Source: an uncultured Gemmatimonadales bacterium (GTDB lineage: Bacteria; Gemmatimonadota; Gemmatimonadetes; Gemmatimonadales; GWC2-71-9). From it: a stretch of 64,000 nt of DNA. Shown piece after piece: positions 10,133 to 21,143 of the stretch. The notes under the pieces are model-generated. The model did not search any database. It saw only the letters and a list, made by a program, of their open reading frames with translations, and was not told the origin of the DNA. The stretch's first letter is position 1, and each line of letters begins with the position of its first letter. The stretch is from contig CAVSEC010000006.1 in NCBI GenBank assembly GCA_963726955.1, forward strand, positions 350,601 to 414,600, in the 5' to 3' direction. The translations under genes were made by a program, and so were the position numbers.

Positions 10133-10854
10133 CTAGTCGTGCCCCCGCAGGTAGATCCGCACCATCTGCTCCCAGTACGGCCAGTCGTGTGCATTCCCGT
10201 CCCACACCCGGAGCGCGTTGCCGATGCCCCGGCTCCACAGCAGCGCCGAGAACTCGGCATTGTTCGGATACATCGGATCGTCGCGACCGATCGCGAGGAT
10301 CGATGTCCTGACGGCGAAACGCGTCGAGGCGGGCCGGGTCGTGCTCGTGCTGCATGAAGTCCATCGGATTCACGGCGTACACGTTGTCGTCCGAGTAGCC
10401 GCCGGTCATCCGCGTGATATCGTAGAGGCCGCTCATGCCGAGGATCCGTCCCACCGACCCCGGGTACTTGAGCCCGAAGGTGACCGCGTGGCTGGCGCCG
10501 AGACTCGCGCCGGTCGCGATCACGAAGGGGTTGGGGTTCAGCCAGGCGGAGTATGGCAGCACCTCGTCCTGGACGTATCGGTAGTACTGGATGTGGGTCC
10601 ACGCCCGATGCCCCGCGCCCACCGCCTCATTCCCCCAGTTCTCCTCGTGCGGCTGGTCCAGGCAGAAGAGCTGGATCCAGCCGTTGTCGAGGTGGTCCTG
10701 CAGCACCAGGTGCATCCGGCGGTCGGGCCACTCGCTAGTGGGTCCCCATGCTGGTGGGAAAGACCAGGACCCGGGCGCCGGCGTGCCCGATGACCTGCAT
10801 GGCCATCGTGCGGCCCAGCGGAGGGCTGTACCAGGAGACGGTTTCGTGGTGCAT
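10133..10854 (-). pseudogene. Esterase-family alpha/beta hydrolase; 2 frame breaks
   Basis: ATG at 10854 (MHHETVSWYSPPLGRTMAMQVIGHAGARVLVFPTSMG). The protein continues in other frames: EWPDRRMHLVLQDHLDNGWIQLFCLD, GASLGASHAVTFGLKYP (GxSxG) and ILAIGRDDPMYPNNAEF...YLRGHD, stopping at 10133. Shifts fall near 10740 and 10290. Confidence 0.65.
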
Positions 10855-11018
10855 GAACGGGGCTGAGAACGGGGACGGACGACCACCGACGAAGGGAGGG
10901 AATCTATCCCGGAACGGGGATTCCTCCATGCCCCCCGGCGCGGCTGGCCGCCAGGGGGTGGATGCTGCGGGGGGGCGGCACTCCCGAGTGGCGAGGGAGG
11001 CCGTGGAGAATCGGTCGG

Positions 11019-12482
11019 CTATCGCAGTCCCCGGATACGGCGCGAACTCCACTCGATCAGCAGCGCGGAGAGCAGGACGGCGAAGATCCAGGCCGGGATG
11101 GCGTCGCGTTCCGCCTGCGCATCACTGAAGGCAGCGGTTGAGGGCCCCAACCGGTCGAGCAGGCCGGCCACTGGCACGGGATCGGTTCCTCCCGAGCCGA
11201 CGGGCACCCGGCCCACGAGCGCCACCTGCGCGACCAATCCGGCCAGCCATGCACGATACCGTTCCGGGGCGGATTCCCCGCCGCCCATCGGCCAGCGCCA
11301 GCTGTCGACGTAGCCGATCTCCACCACTCGCCCCATCCCGATCCGACGCGCCCCGACGGCGATCAGCGACCCGCGAGTTTCGAGCGCCACAGCGTCGTGG
11401 TGGAGCGGGACAATGGGGACCAGACCCAGCGCGGCGCGTGGCAACGAATCGGGGACGGCGCCCGACTGCACCGGAATCTCGGTCCCGCTCCCCCCCGCGG
11501 CAAAGGGGTGGAGCGCCGGCGTCGCGGCCGCGTCGGACCAGAGCACCAGACCGCCGCCGTCGCGAAGGTATCGGGCGATCGCGGCTCCGTGACGTGCGGC
11601 GGTGGAGTCGATCGCCAGCACCGCACTGTAGCGCGCAGTGTCGATCGCGATCCGCACCGGCGGCTCCGTCACGGGCGCTGCAACTGGTGGTGCCGGGGCG
11701 CCGAACGCCCGGGGCATTCCCGGCGCCCCGCCGTCGACCTGCGGGGCGATGCGATTCGGGGCCTGTGATTGCCGCGCGGCCGGCTCCTCCGCCGGGCTGG
11801 CCTGTGCCGGTCGCGGCGCGACGATTCCCTGATACACATCACTTCCCGGCGCGACGACGAACCGGGCATCCACGATCCACCCCCGTTCGGTCAGCGCGGC
11901 TGCGACAAAGCGTGATTCCCAACTGGCCCGGCCGAGGAGCAACAGGCGGCGAAAGGCGAGCGAGTCCCGTGGGAGGTCGTGCGCAACGACCACCCCTACC
12001 ACGGCGGAGGTGCCTTCCTCCAGTCGGGTGAGCTGGAAACGCTGCGGCGCATTCGGCGCGACCACACTGTCCCGGAGTCCGAGCGTGTCCCGCAGCAGCA
12101 CCGTTGCTCCCGCGGGGGCCGCGACCGAGACCTCGACGCCTCCGGCCGGGTCGACTGACCGTGCGACGGTCGCGGCCATCGGCGCCATGGCCGGCCCGGA
12201 CCAGCGGACCACCGTCCCGGCCCGGCGCAGGGCGGCGAGCCAGTCGCGCTCCACCACTGCGGGCGGCGCGTCGAACCGCACGGTGACCTCGCGCGGCGGG
12301 GCCACCGTGCTCCAGCGTTCCAGCCGCGCGCGGAGGGTCATGGATTCGGCGGTCTCCGCGCCGTGCCGGTGCACCGCCCCCAGTGACAGGAGCCAGGCCC
12401 ACGCCAGCAGGGCTACCGCCAGCGCCCGCAGCACCGACTCGGCGCCACCCCGGAGGAGGTCAGCGGCTGAGCGCATACACAA
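11019..12482 (-). CDS. Membrane protein, last gene of the MoxR/BatA-type operon (N- and C-terminal TM helices)
   Basis: Intact 487-aa ORF with TM helices at LRALAVALLAWAWLLSLGAV and IPAWIFAVLLSALLIEW. It overlaps the upstream gene by 23 nt. An alternative GTG start at 12434 is possible. I recognised no catalytic motif. Confidence 0.5.
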   Translation of the reverse strand: MCMRSAADLLRGGAESVLRALAVALLAWAWLLSLGAVHRHGAETAESMTLRARLERWSTVAPPREVTVRFDAPPAVVERDWLAALRRAGTVVRWSGPAMAPMAATVARSVDPAGGVEVSVAAPAGATVLLRDTLGLRDSVVAPNAPQRFQLTRLEEGTSAVVGVVVAHDLPRDSLAFRRLLLLGRASWESRFVAAALTERGWIVDARFVVAPGSDVYQGIVAPRPAQASPAEEPAARQSQAPNRIAPQVDGGAPGMPRAFGAPAPPVAAPVTEPPVRIAIDTARYSAVLAIDSTAARHGAAIARYLRDGGGLVLWSDAAATPALHPFAAGGSGTEIPVQSGAVPDSLPRAALGLVPIVPLHHDAVALETRGSLIAVGARRIGMGRVVEIGYVDSWRWPMGGGESAPERYRAWLAGLVAQVALVGRVPVGSGGTDPVPVAGLLDRLGPSTAAFSDAQAERDAIPAWIFAVLLSALLIEWSSRRIRGLR

Positions 12483-13071
12483 TCAGGTTGACGGAAAACT
12501 TGGTGACATCTTCTGTCATGAACCGTTTGCGCTCGGGACTGAAGTCCCACTCCGAGCTGTAGTCCTTGCTGCTGTAGAGCAGTCCGATCCGCCCGTTCAC
12601 CAGCACGGCATCGAGATAGGGGTGGAGCAGGTCGTCGCCCCAGCCATTCAGTTCGTGGTGGGTATTCGGCGGGCCGTCGGGAAAGTTGAAGAAGCAGCGA
12701 TACAGCTCATGGTCCTTCGGCAGCCGGGTCATCTTGCCGAAGGCGCGCGCGATCTCCTCATGCGCCGTCAGGTGAAAGGCGCCGTTGATATCGTGGTTAT
12801 GGTCGTCGATGACCAGGAATCCGCCCCGCTCGACGTACTGCTTGAGATGGGCCCGCTCCCGATCGGTAAACCGCACCGGAAGGTGGCCCGTCAGCCAGAG
12901 AAAGGGATACCCGAACACCAGCTCCGACGCGAGCGGGACGTTGACCCCGCTCGGCTCGACTTCGATGCTGGTGTAGCGAGCCAGCGTGTCGATCAGGTTG
13001 GCCGGCAGCGTCGGCGCGCTCTCCCAGTCGCCCGACTCGTACTGTGCCGTTGCAAAGGTGAAGCGGCTCAC
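12460..13071 (-). CDS. DUF4159-domain protein
   Basis: ORF 12460..13092. It carries DUF4159-type blocks: FTFATAQYESGDW, YPFLWLTGH, LKQYVERGGFLVIDDHNHD, LLYSSKDYSSEW. I preferred the GTG at 13071 because it makes a GTGA overlap with the upstream stop, matching the coupling style of this operon. Confidence 0.75.
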   Translation of the reverse strand: MSRFTFATAQYESGDWESAPTLPANLIDTLARYTSIEVEPSGVNVPLASELVFGYPFLWLTGHLPVRFTDRERAHLKQYVERGGFLVIDDHNHDINGAFHLTAHEEIARAFGKMTRLPKDHELYRCFFNFPDGPPNTHHELNGWGDDLLHPYLDAVLVNGRIGLLYSSKDYSSEWDFSPERKRFMTEDVTKFSVNLIVYALSR

Positions 13072-15012
13072 GGGGCGTTCCCTCCGGCCCACTCGGCCGG
13101 CCCCGACAACCTGACAGGCGCCGAGGAGAGTTGCAGGCGCGCGGGGGCAAGGGCAACCGCGATGCCGGTCCCCGCACGCAACCGGTCGAGTCCCTGCGTG
13201 AGGATCCGGGCCAGCTCCGGGCGCCGCAGCAGCAGCGACGCCCGCAGGAAGACGAGCGAGTCCGTCGCTCCCTGCGGGTCCGACCGATAGAGGCGAATGA
13301 ACTGCTGCAGCCGCTCCGCCAGCTGCCGATCGAGCGCGGTGAGCGGCGGTCGCCCCGCGGCGGCGGCCGGCTCCCCTCGGTCGGTGCCGGTGAGCCGGGC
13401 CCGCGCCACGTCGACTGGCGGCGGCCGGAGCACCCCGCGCATGTGGTACCGGCGCGCGGTGCGGATTTCATCCAGGATCGCCAGCGCCTTGCGCATAGGC
13501 GGGCGGGCGGAGTCCACCTCGGCCATCGCGAGCCGCAGTCTCGCCTCCAGCATCGCCTCGGCCGCCTCACGGAGCCGGCGACTCTCGTCGGTCGGGGCGG
13601 AACCGCCCATGCCGTCGTCCTCGAGCAGCGCGATGACCGCGATTACCCGCTCCCGGATCTGCTGCTGGGTGTTGCTGTAGCTCATCGCGCGATCGGTGAT
13701 GACGGCCCGGGTCAATCGGCCACGGACGTTCCACAGGGTGTCGGTCCGCAGGTTGAGCAGCCGCTGGCTGATCCACATCGAGTCGATCGGAATTGGCGGC
13801 TCGGCGGCGGCGGCGCTGCTGTCCATCGGCGCCGCGATCCGGATGGTTCTCGTCTCCGAGACGCCGCGCCCGGGGCCGGTCAGGTCGTTCGCATCCAGGG
13901 CCACCGCGCGCAGGTTCACCACGCTTCCCGGCGTCAGCTTGAGGGTATCGAGCCGGAGAGACAATCGGAAGGTCGCCTCGCGGGCACCGCCTAACGGAGC
14001 CCTGCGGCTCTGCCGGGCGACGGTCTCGAACTGCTCGCCGGCGCCCGTGGTGATCAGGAGTTCCCAGTACCCCGCCGCCAGGCCGAGGTCATCCGTCGCA
14101 TGCGCCTCCAGCCGGAGCGGGGAGAGCGGCAACGATTGATAGGTCGTATCATGCGCCGGGGCGCGGAGCACCACCTCGGGGATGGCAGTCGGGCCGCGGT
14201 TCGAGACTCACCAGGCGGCGGAAGGTCCGATCGTGCAGCACCAGCACCGTCGGTTCCAGGGGAAGCCGGAGGGTCAGGCGCCAGCCACCGTCACGCATGG
14301 CCGCCGTGAACGAATCCGAGGCCAGCACGCCGGTGACGCCGTCCGGAGATCCATCGCCCTGAAGGGTGACATCCGTCCCCGCCAGTGCGGCGACGACCTC
14401 GGGCTCTCGCAGCAGCAGGGTCGGCAGCCGGCTGTAGCTCGGCGGCCTGACCTCGGCCGCGAGGGGTATCAGTCGATTGGGAACGACGACGAGCGGCCGG
14501 TCGGCCAAACCGCCCGTTCCACCGACTTCACCAGCGCGGTGAGCCGATCGAGCGACGAGCCACAGCGCGGCGCCAACGGTGATGACACCGGTCAGCGCGT
14601 GGCGGAGTTCCCGCCGCGCCGTCCGGCGGACGAGTCCTTCGATGTCCGCGCACTCCGCCGCTGCCAGCAGCTCACCGGGGAGGGGCGGCCCCGCGACGTC
14701 GGCGGCGACTGCGGTCACCAGCGCATAGTCGAGCGACGGATCGTGTTCCTCGATCCAGAGTGCGGTACTGAGTGACGACCGGGTCTTCCGGCCGCGCCAC
14801 AGCACCCAACCGCCCACGCCGAGCGCAGCGGCCAACCCGGTCACGGTGAACGCCTGCCTCGCCCCCGAGGACAGGGGGGCGGCCAGACCGATCAGAAGCG
14901 CCATGACCCGCACGGCGCTGGCCACGCATAGACCCCAGAGGAGCGCGGTGCTGATGACGACGAGCGACAGGAGTCGTCGAGCGCGGGAGACGCGCGTGAC
15001 GGGCCGGTTCAT
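13068..15012 (-). pseudogene. Large membrane-anchored protein of the Bat-type operon (DUF4175-like), one frame break near 14160
   Basis: ORFs 14149..15123 (ATG at 15012, MNRPVTRVSRARRLLSLVVISTALLWGL, multiple TM helices) and 13068..14174 overlap by 26 nt. They read as a continuous sequence (..VSLEPRPD / PEVVLRAPAHDT..) if one indel is allowed. The DUF4175 assignment is tentative. Confidence 0.45.
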
Positions 15013-16327
15013 GGCGTGCGCCCGAGTGATGCGGCGGTCTCGGAGTTGCCGTCCGCGACGGGCCGGCGGCGGCGGACCCAGAGCTCCAGCAGGGCCAGCA
15101 GCAGGGCGGCGGCCAGGAGCCACGGGATCAGCGGCGTCTCCGGGGCTTCTGGTGGGCGGAGGTCGCCGCGCGACGCGAGTCGACCGCTACCCGCAAGAAT
15201 GGCTCTGTCCCCGGCTCCGAGCAGCTGCACCGGTCCTGCACCAGCGCAGGGACCGCTGAGGGCGCGGAAGAGTCTGACCACATCGGGCCGGACGGCGAAG
15301 TCGCCGCGACCGGAGATGCCGATCGTCACGGTCCTGATGCAGCCGCTGCCCAGCGAACGTTCCAGCGCCGCCGGGGCACCGTCGACCCAGCGGGCGACCA
15401 CCCGTGCACCCAGCAGAGACGCAGAGTCGGGTCCCCAGCGCCTCTCGAAGGGGAAGACCACCGCCTGATCTCCCGCCACCACCGCGCCAACAGTGTCAGG
15501 CGAAAGGATCGCACTCCATCCCGGAGGCGCCCCGTCGGCCGGCCACGCCACCCAGGTGCCGCCTCCCTCGACCCATCGCGCGTCGACCGGAGTGTGACTG
15601 CTCCGCTCGAGGCGCACCCGGGCATCGCCGGAGCGGGAGCGCGCCAGAAGCGACGTGACGCCCAGCGGATCGTCGCGGCCGGCATCGAACGCCAACGCCG
15701 GTGACACTGCGGAATCGTCACGAGGCCTGACCGCGATCAGACGCACCCGCCCGGGCCAGAGCGCGCGAATCGTCGCGGTGGCGCCGTCCCACTCTTCGGT
15801 GAGCAGGGGAGCGACGAGCACCAGCTCGACACTGTCCACCTCGAGGCTGAGCTCACTGCCGGTGCGCCGGGCGGCCAGCAGCGCCGCAGAGAGCGAACCG
15901 GTCCCTGCCCCGGCAGTAAGTGAATCGACGCCTGGGTGCGACAGCATAGTCACCGTCGAGTCAAACGTCAGCATCCGGTCACCGGGGCGAGCGAACGCGC
16001 GCAGCGAGTCCGTCACCTCCGCGATGGAGGCCACGCTCGCCGAGCGGTCTGCCACGACGACACGGGCCATCGCCCGGCGGCTCGACAGCAGCACCGGCCG
16101 CGCAAAGGCGGCGCCGATCAGGAGCAGGGCCAGCACACGAAGGGAAAGGAGCAGCAGCTCTCCGGCCGGCGCGTCAGACTGGTGACGATGACGGACGCGG
16201 GCGGGATAAACCGGGCCGTGGGGAGTGGGACCAACGGCGGGGGCCGAGTCACCAGGAAATGCAGCGCGACCACCACGCCGGCGGCGGCGAATGCAGCGAC
16301 GAGGAAGAGCGGGGCGAGGAACATCAT
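15009..16327 (-). pseudogene. BatA-N-terminal-domain (aerotolerance regulator N-terminal) membrane protein, one frame break near 16160
   Basis: ATG at 16327 overlaps the DUF58 stop (ATGA). The N-terminus [40 protein letters not shown] is the BatA_N pattern. After TSLTRR the frame shifts by one base, and ELLLLSLRVLALLLIGAAFARP continues in ORF 15009..16136. Confidence 0.6.
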
Positions 16328-17196
16328 CGTGGCCGCGCCACGGTCGTGATGCGGCGGGCGAGTTGCCGGATCGGCTCGGCGCCGGTCACCACCTCTGTGT
16401 AGCTGGCGCCGGCGCCGCGCCACGCGCGCGCCACATCCTCCCGCCAGTCGCCGAAGCGCCGCTGATATTCGGCGCGGGTTGCCGCGGGGAGCGGGCGGCG
16501 CAGGTCGGCGGCCTCCGGGTCGGTGCAGAGGAGCGTCTTCCGCTCCGGCTCCAGCTCGGTAGCCGACACGATGTGCACGGCGTGCACCTCGCCGCCGGAC
16601 GAGATGAACCGACCGGCCAGGCCGAGCAGCGCCTCGGCATCGCCGAGAAAATCACTGAGCACCGCGAGCCGGGCGCAGCGTCGCAGCACCGGCGCGACGG
16701 CCGGCGTCAACGGCAGCGCACCGGATGGGGGCGTCTCGACGGCATGCATCATCTGGTCGAGGACGCTGCGCCGAGTGCGGGGTTCGATCCATCGCGTTCC
16801 CGACTCGTGCACCAGAAGGAGGCCCACCGGGTCGCCGTCCGCGCGGCTAATCGCAGCGAGCGCCAGCGCCAGCTGCCGCGCGAGCTGCCACTTTGCGAGC
16901 GTATCCACAGGAAAGGCCATCGACGCGCTGGCATCGAGCACCACGACGGTCGGCAGCAGGGCGCGCTCCGGCGACAGCCGGACATAAACCCGGTCGGTGC
17001 GGGCCACCAGCTTCCAGTCGATCCGCGCCGGGTCGTCGCCCTGTCGATAGGGGCGATACTCGACCAGCTCCGCGGACGCACGGTGGGTCGTCGCCACGTG
17101 GGCCCCGGGCAGGGCGGCGCGGGCCCGGCGTCTCGCAGCCCAGGTGAGGCCGCGGACCGCCTCCAGGACCGGGGCGAATGCCGCGGTGTCCGCCAT
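16324..17196 (-). CDS. DUF58-domain protein (vWA-like, MoxR partner)
   Basis: Intact 290-aa ORF with the DUF58 signature blocks [17 protein letters not shown] and [10 protein letters not shown]. It lies 3 nt after the MoxR stop. Confidence 0.85.
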   Translation of the reverse strand: MADTAAFAPVLEAVRGLTWAARRRARAALPGAHVATTHRASAELVEYRPYRQGDDPARIDWKLVARTDRVYVRLSPERALLPTVVVLDASASMAFPVDTLAKWQLARQLALALAAISRADGDPVGLLLVHESGTRWIEPRTRRSVLDQMMHAVETPPSGALPLTPAVAPVLRRCARLAVLSDFLGDAEALLGLAGRFISSGGEVHAVHIVSATELEPERKTLLCTDPEAADLRRPLPAATRAEYQRRFGDWREDVARAWRGAGASYTEVVTGAEPIRQLARRITTVARPR

Positions 17197-17199
17197 GGG

Positions 17200-18232
<1,033 letters not shown>

Positions 18233-18326
18233 CCCATCCCGCCTCTCTGAAGTGTGCATCTGCCCGTGCAGACGCCGGGGCACGCCTCTCGGTAACAGGG
18301 CGCCGTATCGTCCGGGCAACCGATCA

Positions 18327-18749
18327 TCAGTGCTGCACCACGACGATCGCGCCGCCGCCCGCCTCGGGCCAACGCGTCACGGCCGTCCGTCCATCCAGGT
18401 ACCGAAGCTCGACGATATTCGCCGCGGGGATCCGGCGGAGACTCTCCGCACCGCCCAAGCTCCGGTTGCCATCGGTGTACACCGTGACCTCCTGACCCGT
18501 GAGCCGATCCTTGAACCAGGGGTGGTGGAGCCGGTCGACCGCCTCGTAGGCAGTTGCGACCCGGCTGGCCGCAATGTCAGCGGCAGTGATCCGCGTCGGG
18601 TCGGGCTTGGCCGGCGGTGTCGCCGGCATGGCAATGGAGTCCGGCGCCGCCGCGGAATCGGCCGGCGCCTGGGCCAGGAGGGACGGCCCGGTGGCAGCGC
18701 CGATCAGTACGATCAGCGCGAGGCTGGAGAGTGAGCGCGAAAGCAGCAT
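18327..18749 (-). CDS. Small secreted protein, unknown function
   Basis: In-frame ATG at 18749 gives a 140-aa protein with a signal peptide ([28 protein letters not shown]). The upstream 73 codons of the ORF do not look coding. Confidence 0.5.
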   Translation of the reverse strand: MLLSRSLSSLALIVLIGAATGPSLLAQAPADSAAAPDSIAMPATPPAKPDPTRITAADIAASRVATAYEAVDRLHHPWFKDRLTGQEVTVYTDGNRSLGGAESLRRIPAANIVELRYLDGRTAVTRWPEAGGGAIVVVQH

Positions 18750-19045
18750 AGGAGATCTCGCTACCAGAGGAAGAGCGACCGGGTGAACGTGACCCCAGAA
18801 GGCAGAAACGGAGTGACCGCCGGGCATCACGAGTAAGACTCGTAACGGTGAGGGCACCCCTACTGCGGTGGGAAGGTGTGGCGAGCATCCCATCCGCGCC
18901 ACGAGTCTGGGTCTGCAGCCCGGGCTCGGCCATCTGTCAGTGAACTGACGACCGATCCACATCCCCAATGCATCATCGCCGCTTCAGCGGCGGTCTGTTG
19001 GCCGAGCCGCGGCTTCAACCGCAGAGCCTGAGGCGAGCCGCGGGG

Positions 19046-19098
19046 TCAGCCGCTGGAGTTGGGACGAGATGCGGCTCGAGACTCGAGACACGGCGCGC
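19046..19098. repeat. Copy A of a ~50-nt intergenic element (core TTGGGACGAGATGCGGCTCGAGAC at 19059..19082)
   Basis: It aligns with 19661..19706. The 24-nt core matches at 23 of 24 positions. Copy A carries an extra tandem CTCGAGA. It lies 24 to 76 nt downstream of the stop of gene 19122..19535 (minus strand). Confidence 0.75.
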
Positions 19099-19121
19099 CC
19101 CAATGTGCCACGGTCTTGGAC

Positions 19122-19535
19122 CTACTTCGAGGTGGAATCGGTAATCACGGTGTCCACCACGGTGTCTCCCACGGTACCTGGAGGCAGCGGCATCTCCGCC
19201 AGCTCTCCCGTCACCCAGATGTATTCACAGGTGCGCACATTGATGGCGGTCTCCCACTCGGTCCGGTGCCCGGCGGCAAACGTGCCCGAGTCGCCCAGTT
19301 CGCAGCCGTCCGCCAACTTCCGCCCCCGCATCGTGCGCCGGCTGTACTCAACGGAGCCGGGCCGCCTGGGAAAGTAGATCCAGCCGTCGGCATCGGGTAC
19401 GGGGAGCGAATCACTGTGGAGTCTGCTCGCGGTGAGTACGCTGGGAGTGGCCGGCGCTGAAGATCCATCTCGACCGCCCTCGTTGCAGGCGACGCCGGCG
19501 AGAGCGGCAATCACAATCAATTTCTTCGGAGTCAT
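19122..19535 (-). CDS. Small lipoprotein, unknown function
   Basis: ATG at 19535 is preceded by AGGAGA. The N-terminus MTPKKLIVIAALAGVAC has a lipobox-type Cys. Length 137 aa. Confidence 0.5.
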   Translation of the reverse strand: MTPKKLIVIAALAGVACNEGGRDGSSAPATPSVLTASRLHSDSLPVPDADGWIYFPRRPGSVEYSRRTMRGRKLADGCELGDSGTFAAGHRTEWETAINVRTCEYIWVTGELAEMPLPPGTVGDTVVDTVITDSTSK

Positions 19536-19660
19536 GGATGTCTCCTGGTGCTGAATTCGCGTGCCCAGGAAGCTTAACGTGCCAACCGGGCCACGTCCTG
19601 GGCTGATGCTCTCGTTGGGGTCCGGGGCTTCAGCCACAGGCCCCGAAGCAGGCCACGGCT

Positions 19661-19706
19661 TCAGGCGCCAGACTTGGGAGGAGATGCGGCTCGAGACGCG
19701 CGCGCC
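19661..19706. repeat. Copy B of the ~50-nt intergenic element (core at 19674..19697)
   Basis: See 19046..19098. It lies 88 to 133 nt downstream of the stop of gene 19794..21143 and about 125 nt upstream of the 19535 start. Confidence 0.75.
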
Positions 19707-19793
19707 GCTGACCCGGCTACAGGCCGCAGGGGTCCCTCGTCCCTTCGGTCCTCGGGATGACATGGGGGAGCCCACTGCAGCTCCGCCCCCGCC

Positions 19794-21143
19794 CTACTCC
19801 CCCTGCGCCTCCAGCAGCTTCTGGATCAACCGCTCCAGCGCCCGCTCCGAACCGGTGTAAAGCCCGAGAAAGTCCGCGAGGATCAGGATCCCGCGCTTGT
19901 CGATGATCAGGGCGCCGCCGCCATACATGACTTGCCCGAGTTCCGCGATCGGCTGCATTCTCCGCCGGCGATCGGGGGCGGGGAGGGCGGTGAACTGCGT
20001 GGTATAGACACCAACCGTCGCGTCCCCCTTCCACTCCTCGAGCACACGCCGGCTCAGCATCGCCGCCTCCTCGGCCGGCTCGAGCTGCACCCGGCCATTG
20101 AAGTGCCCGTGCGTCTGGGCCAGTAGCACCAGGTCCAGTGCATCCCCGAATCGGGCCTTCAGCCGGTGGACAGTCGCTGCGAGATTATCGTAGGGGCCGT
20201 TCGATGGATCGACGTATTGAACGATCGTGATGTGTCCTTGCCGCGGGAGCGTCGCCCCCGCTCCGGGGCGGTGAAACCAGAAATCGGGATGCAGCTCCGG
20301 AAAGTGCTCGCCGAGGAGACCGAGACCGGCCCCGTAGAGGGACCGTTCCTGGTTGAGCCCGTACAGCTCGATCGCCCTGGCCTTGAGCGCTCGTACCAGG
20401 GAATCCGCCCGGGGATGCTGCAACAGCTCCAGCAGCAGCTCCTGACTCTGCACGCTGAGCAGCATCCCATCGGTTCCGCCGCGCGCCGTCAGCGGAAGCG
20501 AGGCGTAGTTCTTCCGCTGCAGGCCGATCTCCCGGCGCATCGCGCTGGTATCGAGTCGGGCGGTCGCCACCCAGCCGGGCGTCGCATGCTGGCTGCTCCA
20601 GCCGCTGTCGTCAGGCAGGTAAGGGCGCTCACCGATGGCGCCCAACGTATCCAGCCAGGCGGCCATCCGCGCCGACACCTCGAGGCTCCGCGGCAGGCCA
20701 CTGGAGTAGGCGTGCATGCCATACCAGACCACATGGATCGAATCGTCCAGCGTCCGTTCCCCGCTCAGAAAGCGGTGGAATGCCTTGTCCGCGAGGGTAT
20801 CCTCGGAAAGCATCCGTCCCAGGAAGAACAGCGCCGGCACGTCCTCCGGCGGCGCCGATGCGACGCGGGGCCCGGCAGGAACCACGATCTTCAGACAGGC
20901 GGCTCCGGCGGCACGGGCGTCCGGGTCCACCCGACGTGCCTCATCGTATGGGAGTGTGTCGAACGGCTCACCCCAGGTCTGGAGAACGGCCACCCGCCGG
21001 GCCACCGACACGCAGGCGGCGGGTCGGGGATACTCGGCATAGGGACCCGGCGCGGCGGCCGGCGACTGTGCCAGGAGTGGCTGGGCGAGCCCCGCCAGCG
21101 CGAGCACACCCCCGAGGCACCGGCCAATCGCGAGGCGTCTCAT
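19794..21143 (-). CDS. Secreted protein with C-terminal thioredoxin/redoxin-like region lacking CxxC
   Basis: Intact 449-aa ORF whose ATG at 21143 overlaps the PmbA-like stop (ATGA). It has a signal peptide (LGGVLALAGLAQPLLAQ). The C-terminal blocks ITIVQYVDPSNGP, LVLLAQTHGHF and LIIDKRGIL resemble a TlpA/redoxin fold without the Cys pair (motif-level impression only). Confidence 0.5.
   Translation of the reverse strand: MRRLAIGRCLGGVLALAGLAQPLLAQSPAAAPGPYAEYPRPAACVSVARRVAVLQTWGEPFDTLPYDEARRVDPDARAAGAACLKIVVPAGPRVASAPPEDVPALFFLGRMLSEDTLADKAFHRFLSGERTLDDSIHVVWYGMHAYSSGLPRSLEVSARMAAWLDTLGAIGERPYLPDDSGWSSQHATPGWVATARLDTSAMRREIGLQRKNYASLPLTARGGTDGMLLSVQSQELLLELLQHPRADSLVRALKARAIELYGLNQERSLYGAGLGLLGEHFPELHPDFWFHRPGAGATLPRQGHITIVQYVDPSNGPYDNLAATVHRLKARFGDALDLVLLAQTHGHFNGRVQLEPAEEAAMLSRRVLEEWKGDATVGVYTTQFTALPAPDRRRRMQPIAELGQVMYGGGALIIDKRGILILADFLGLYTGSERALERLIQKLLEAQGE

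Noticed and set aside
10910-10945. Hairpin GGAATC-13 nt-GATTCC in the spacer upstream of the esterase gene, considered as the Bat-operon terminator
   Set aside because: The stem is short (6-7 bp with a wobble), the loop is large and no U-tract follows. It is no better than many chance hairpins in GC-rich DNA.
18780-18960. Fragments resembling riboswitch cores on the plus strand (GGTGGGAAGGTG...GCGCCAC cobalamin-like; GACCGCCGGGCA ZTP-like; CAGAAGGCAGAAACGG SRP-like)
   Set aside because: Each match covers only a few nucleotides. The invariant cores are missing (the GGTGnnAAnCC / GCCACTG box for cobalamin, the GGGTCGTGACTGGCG domain for ZTP). No plus-strand gene lies downstream. The region is kept only as an unassigned structured spacer.
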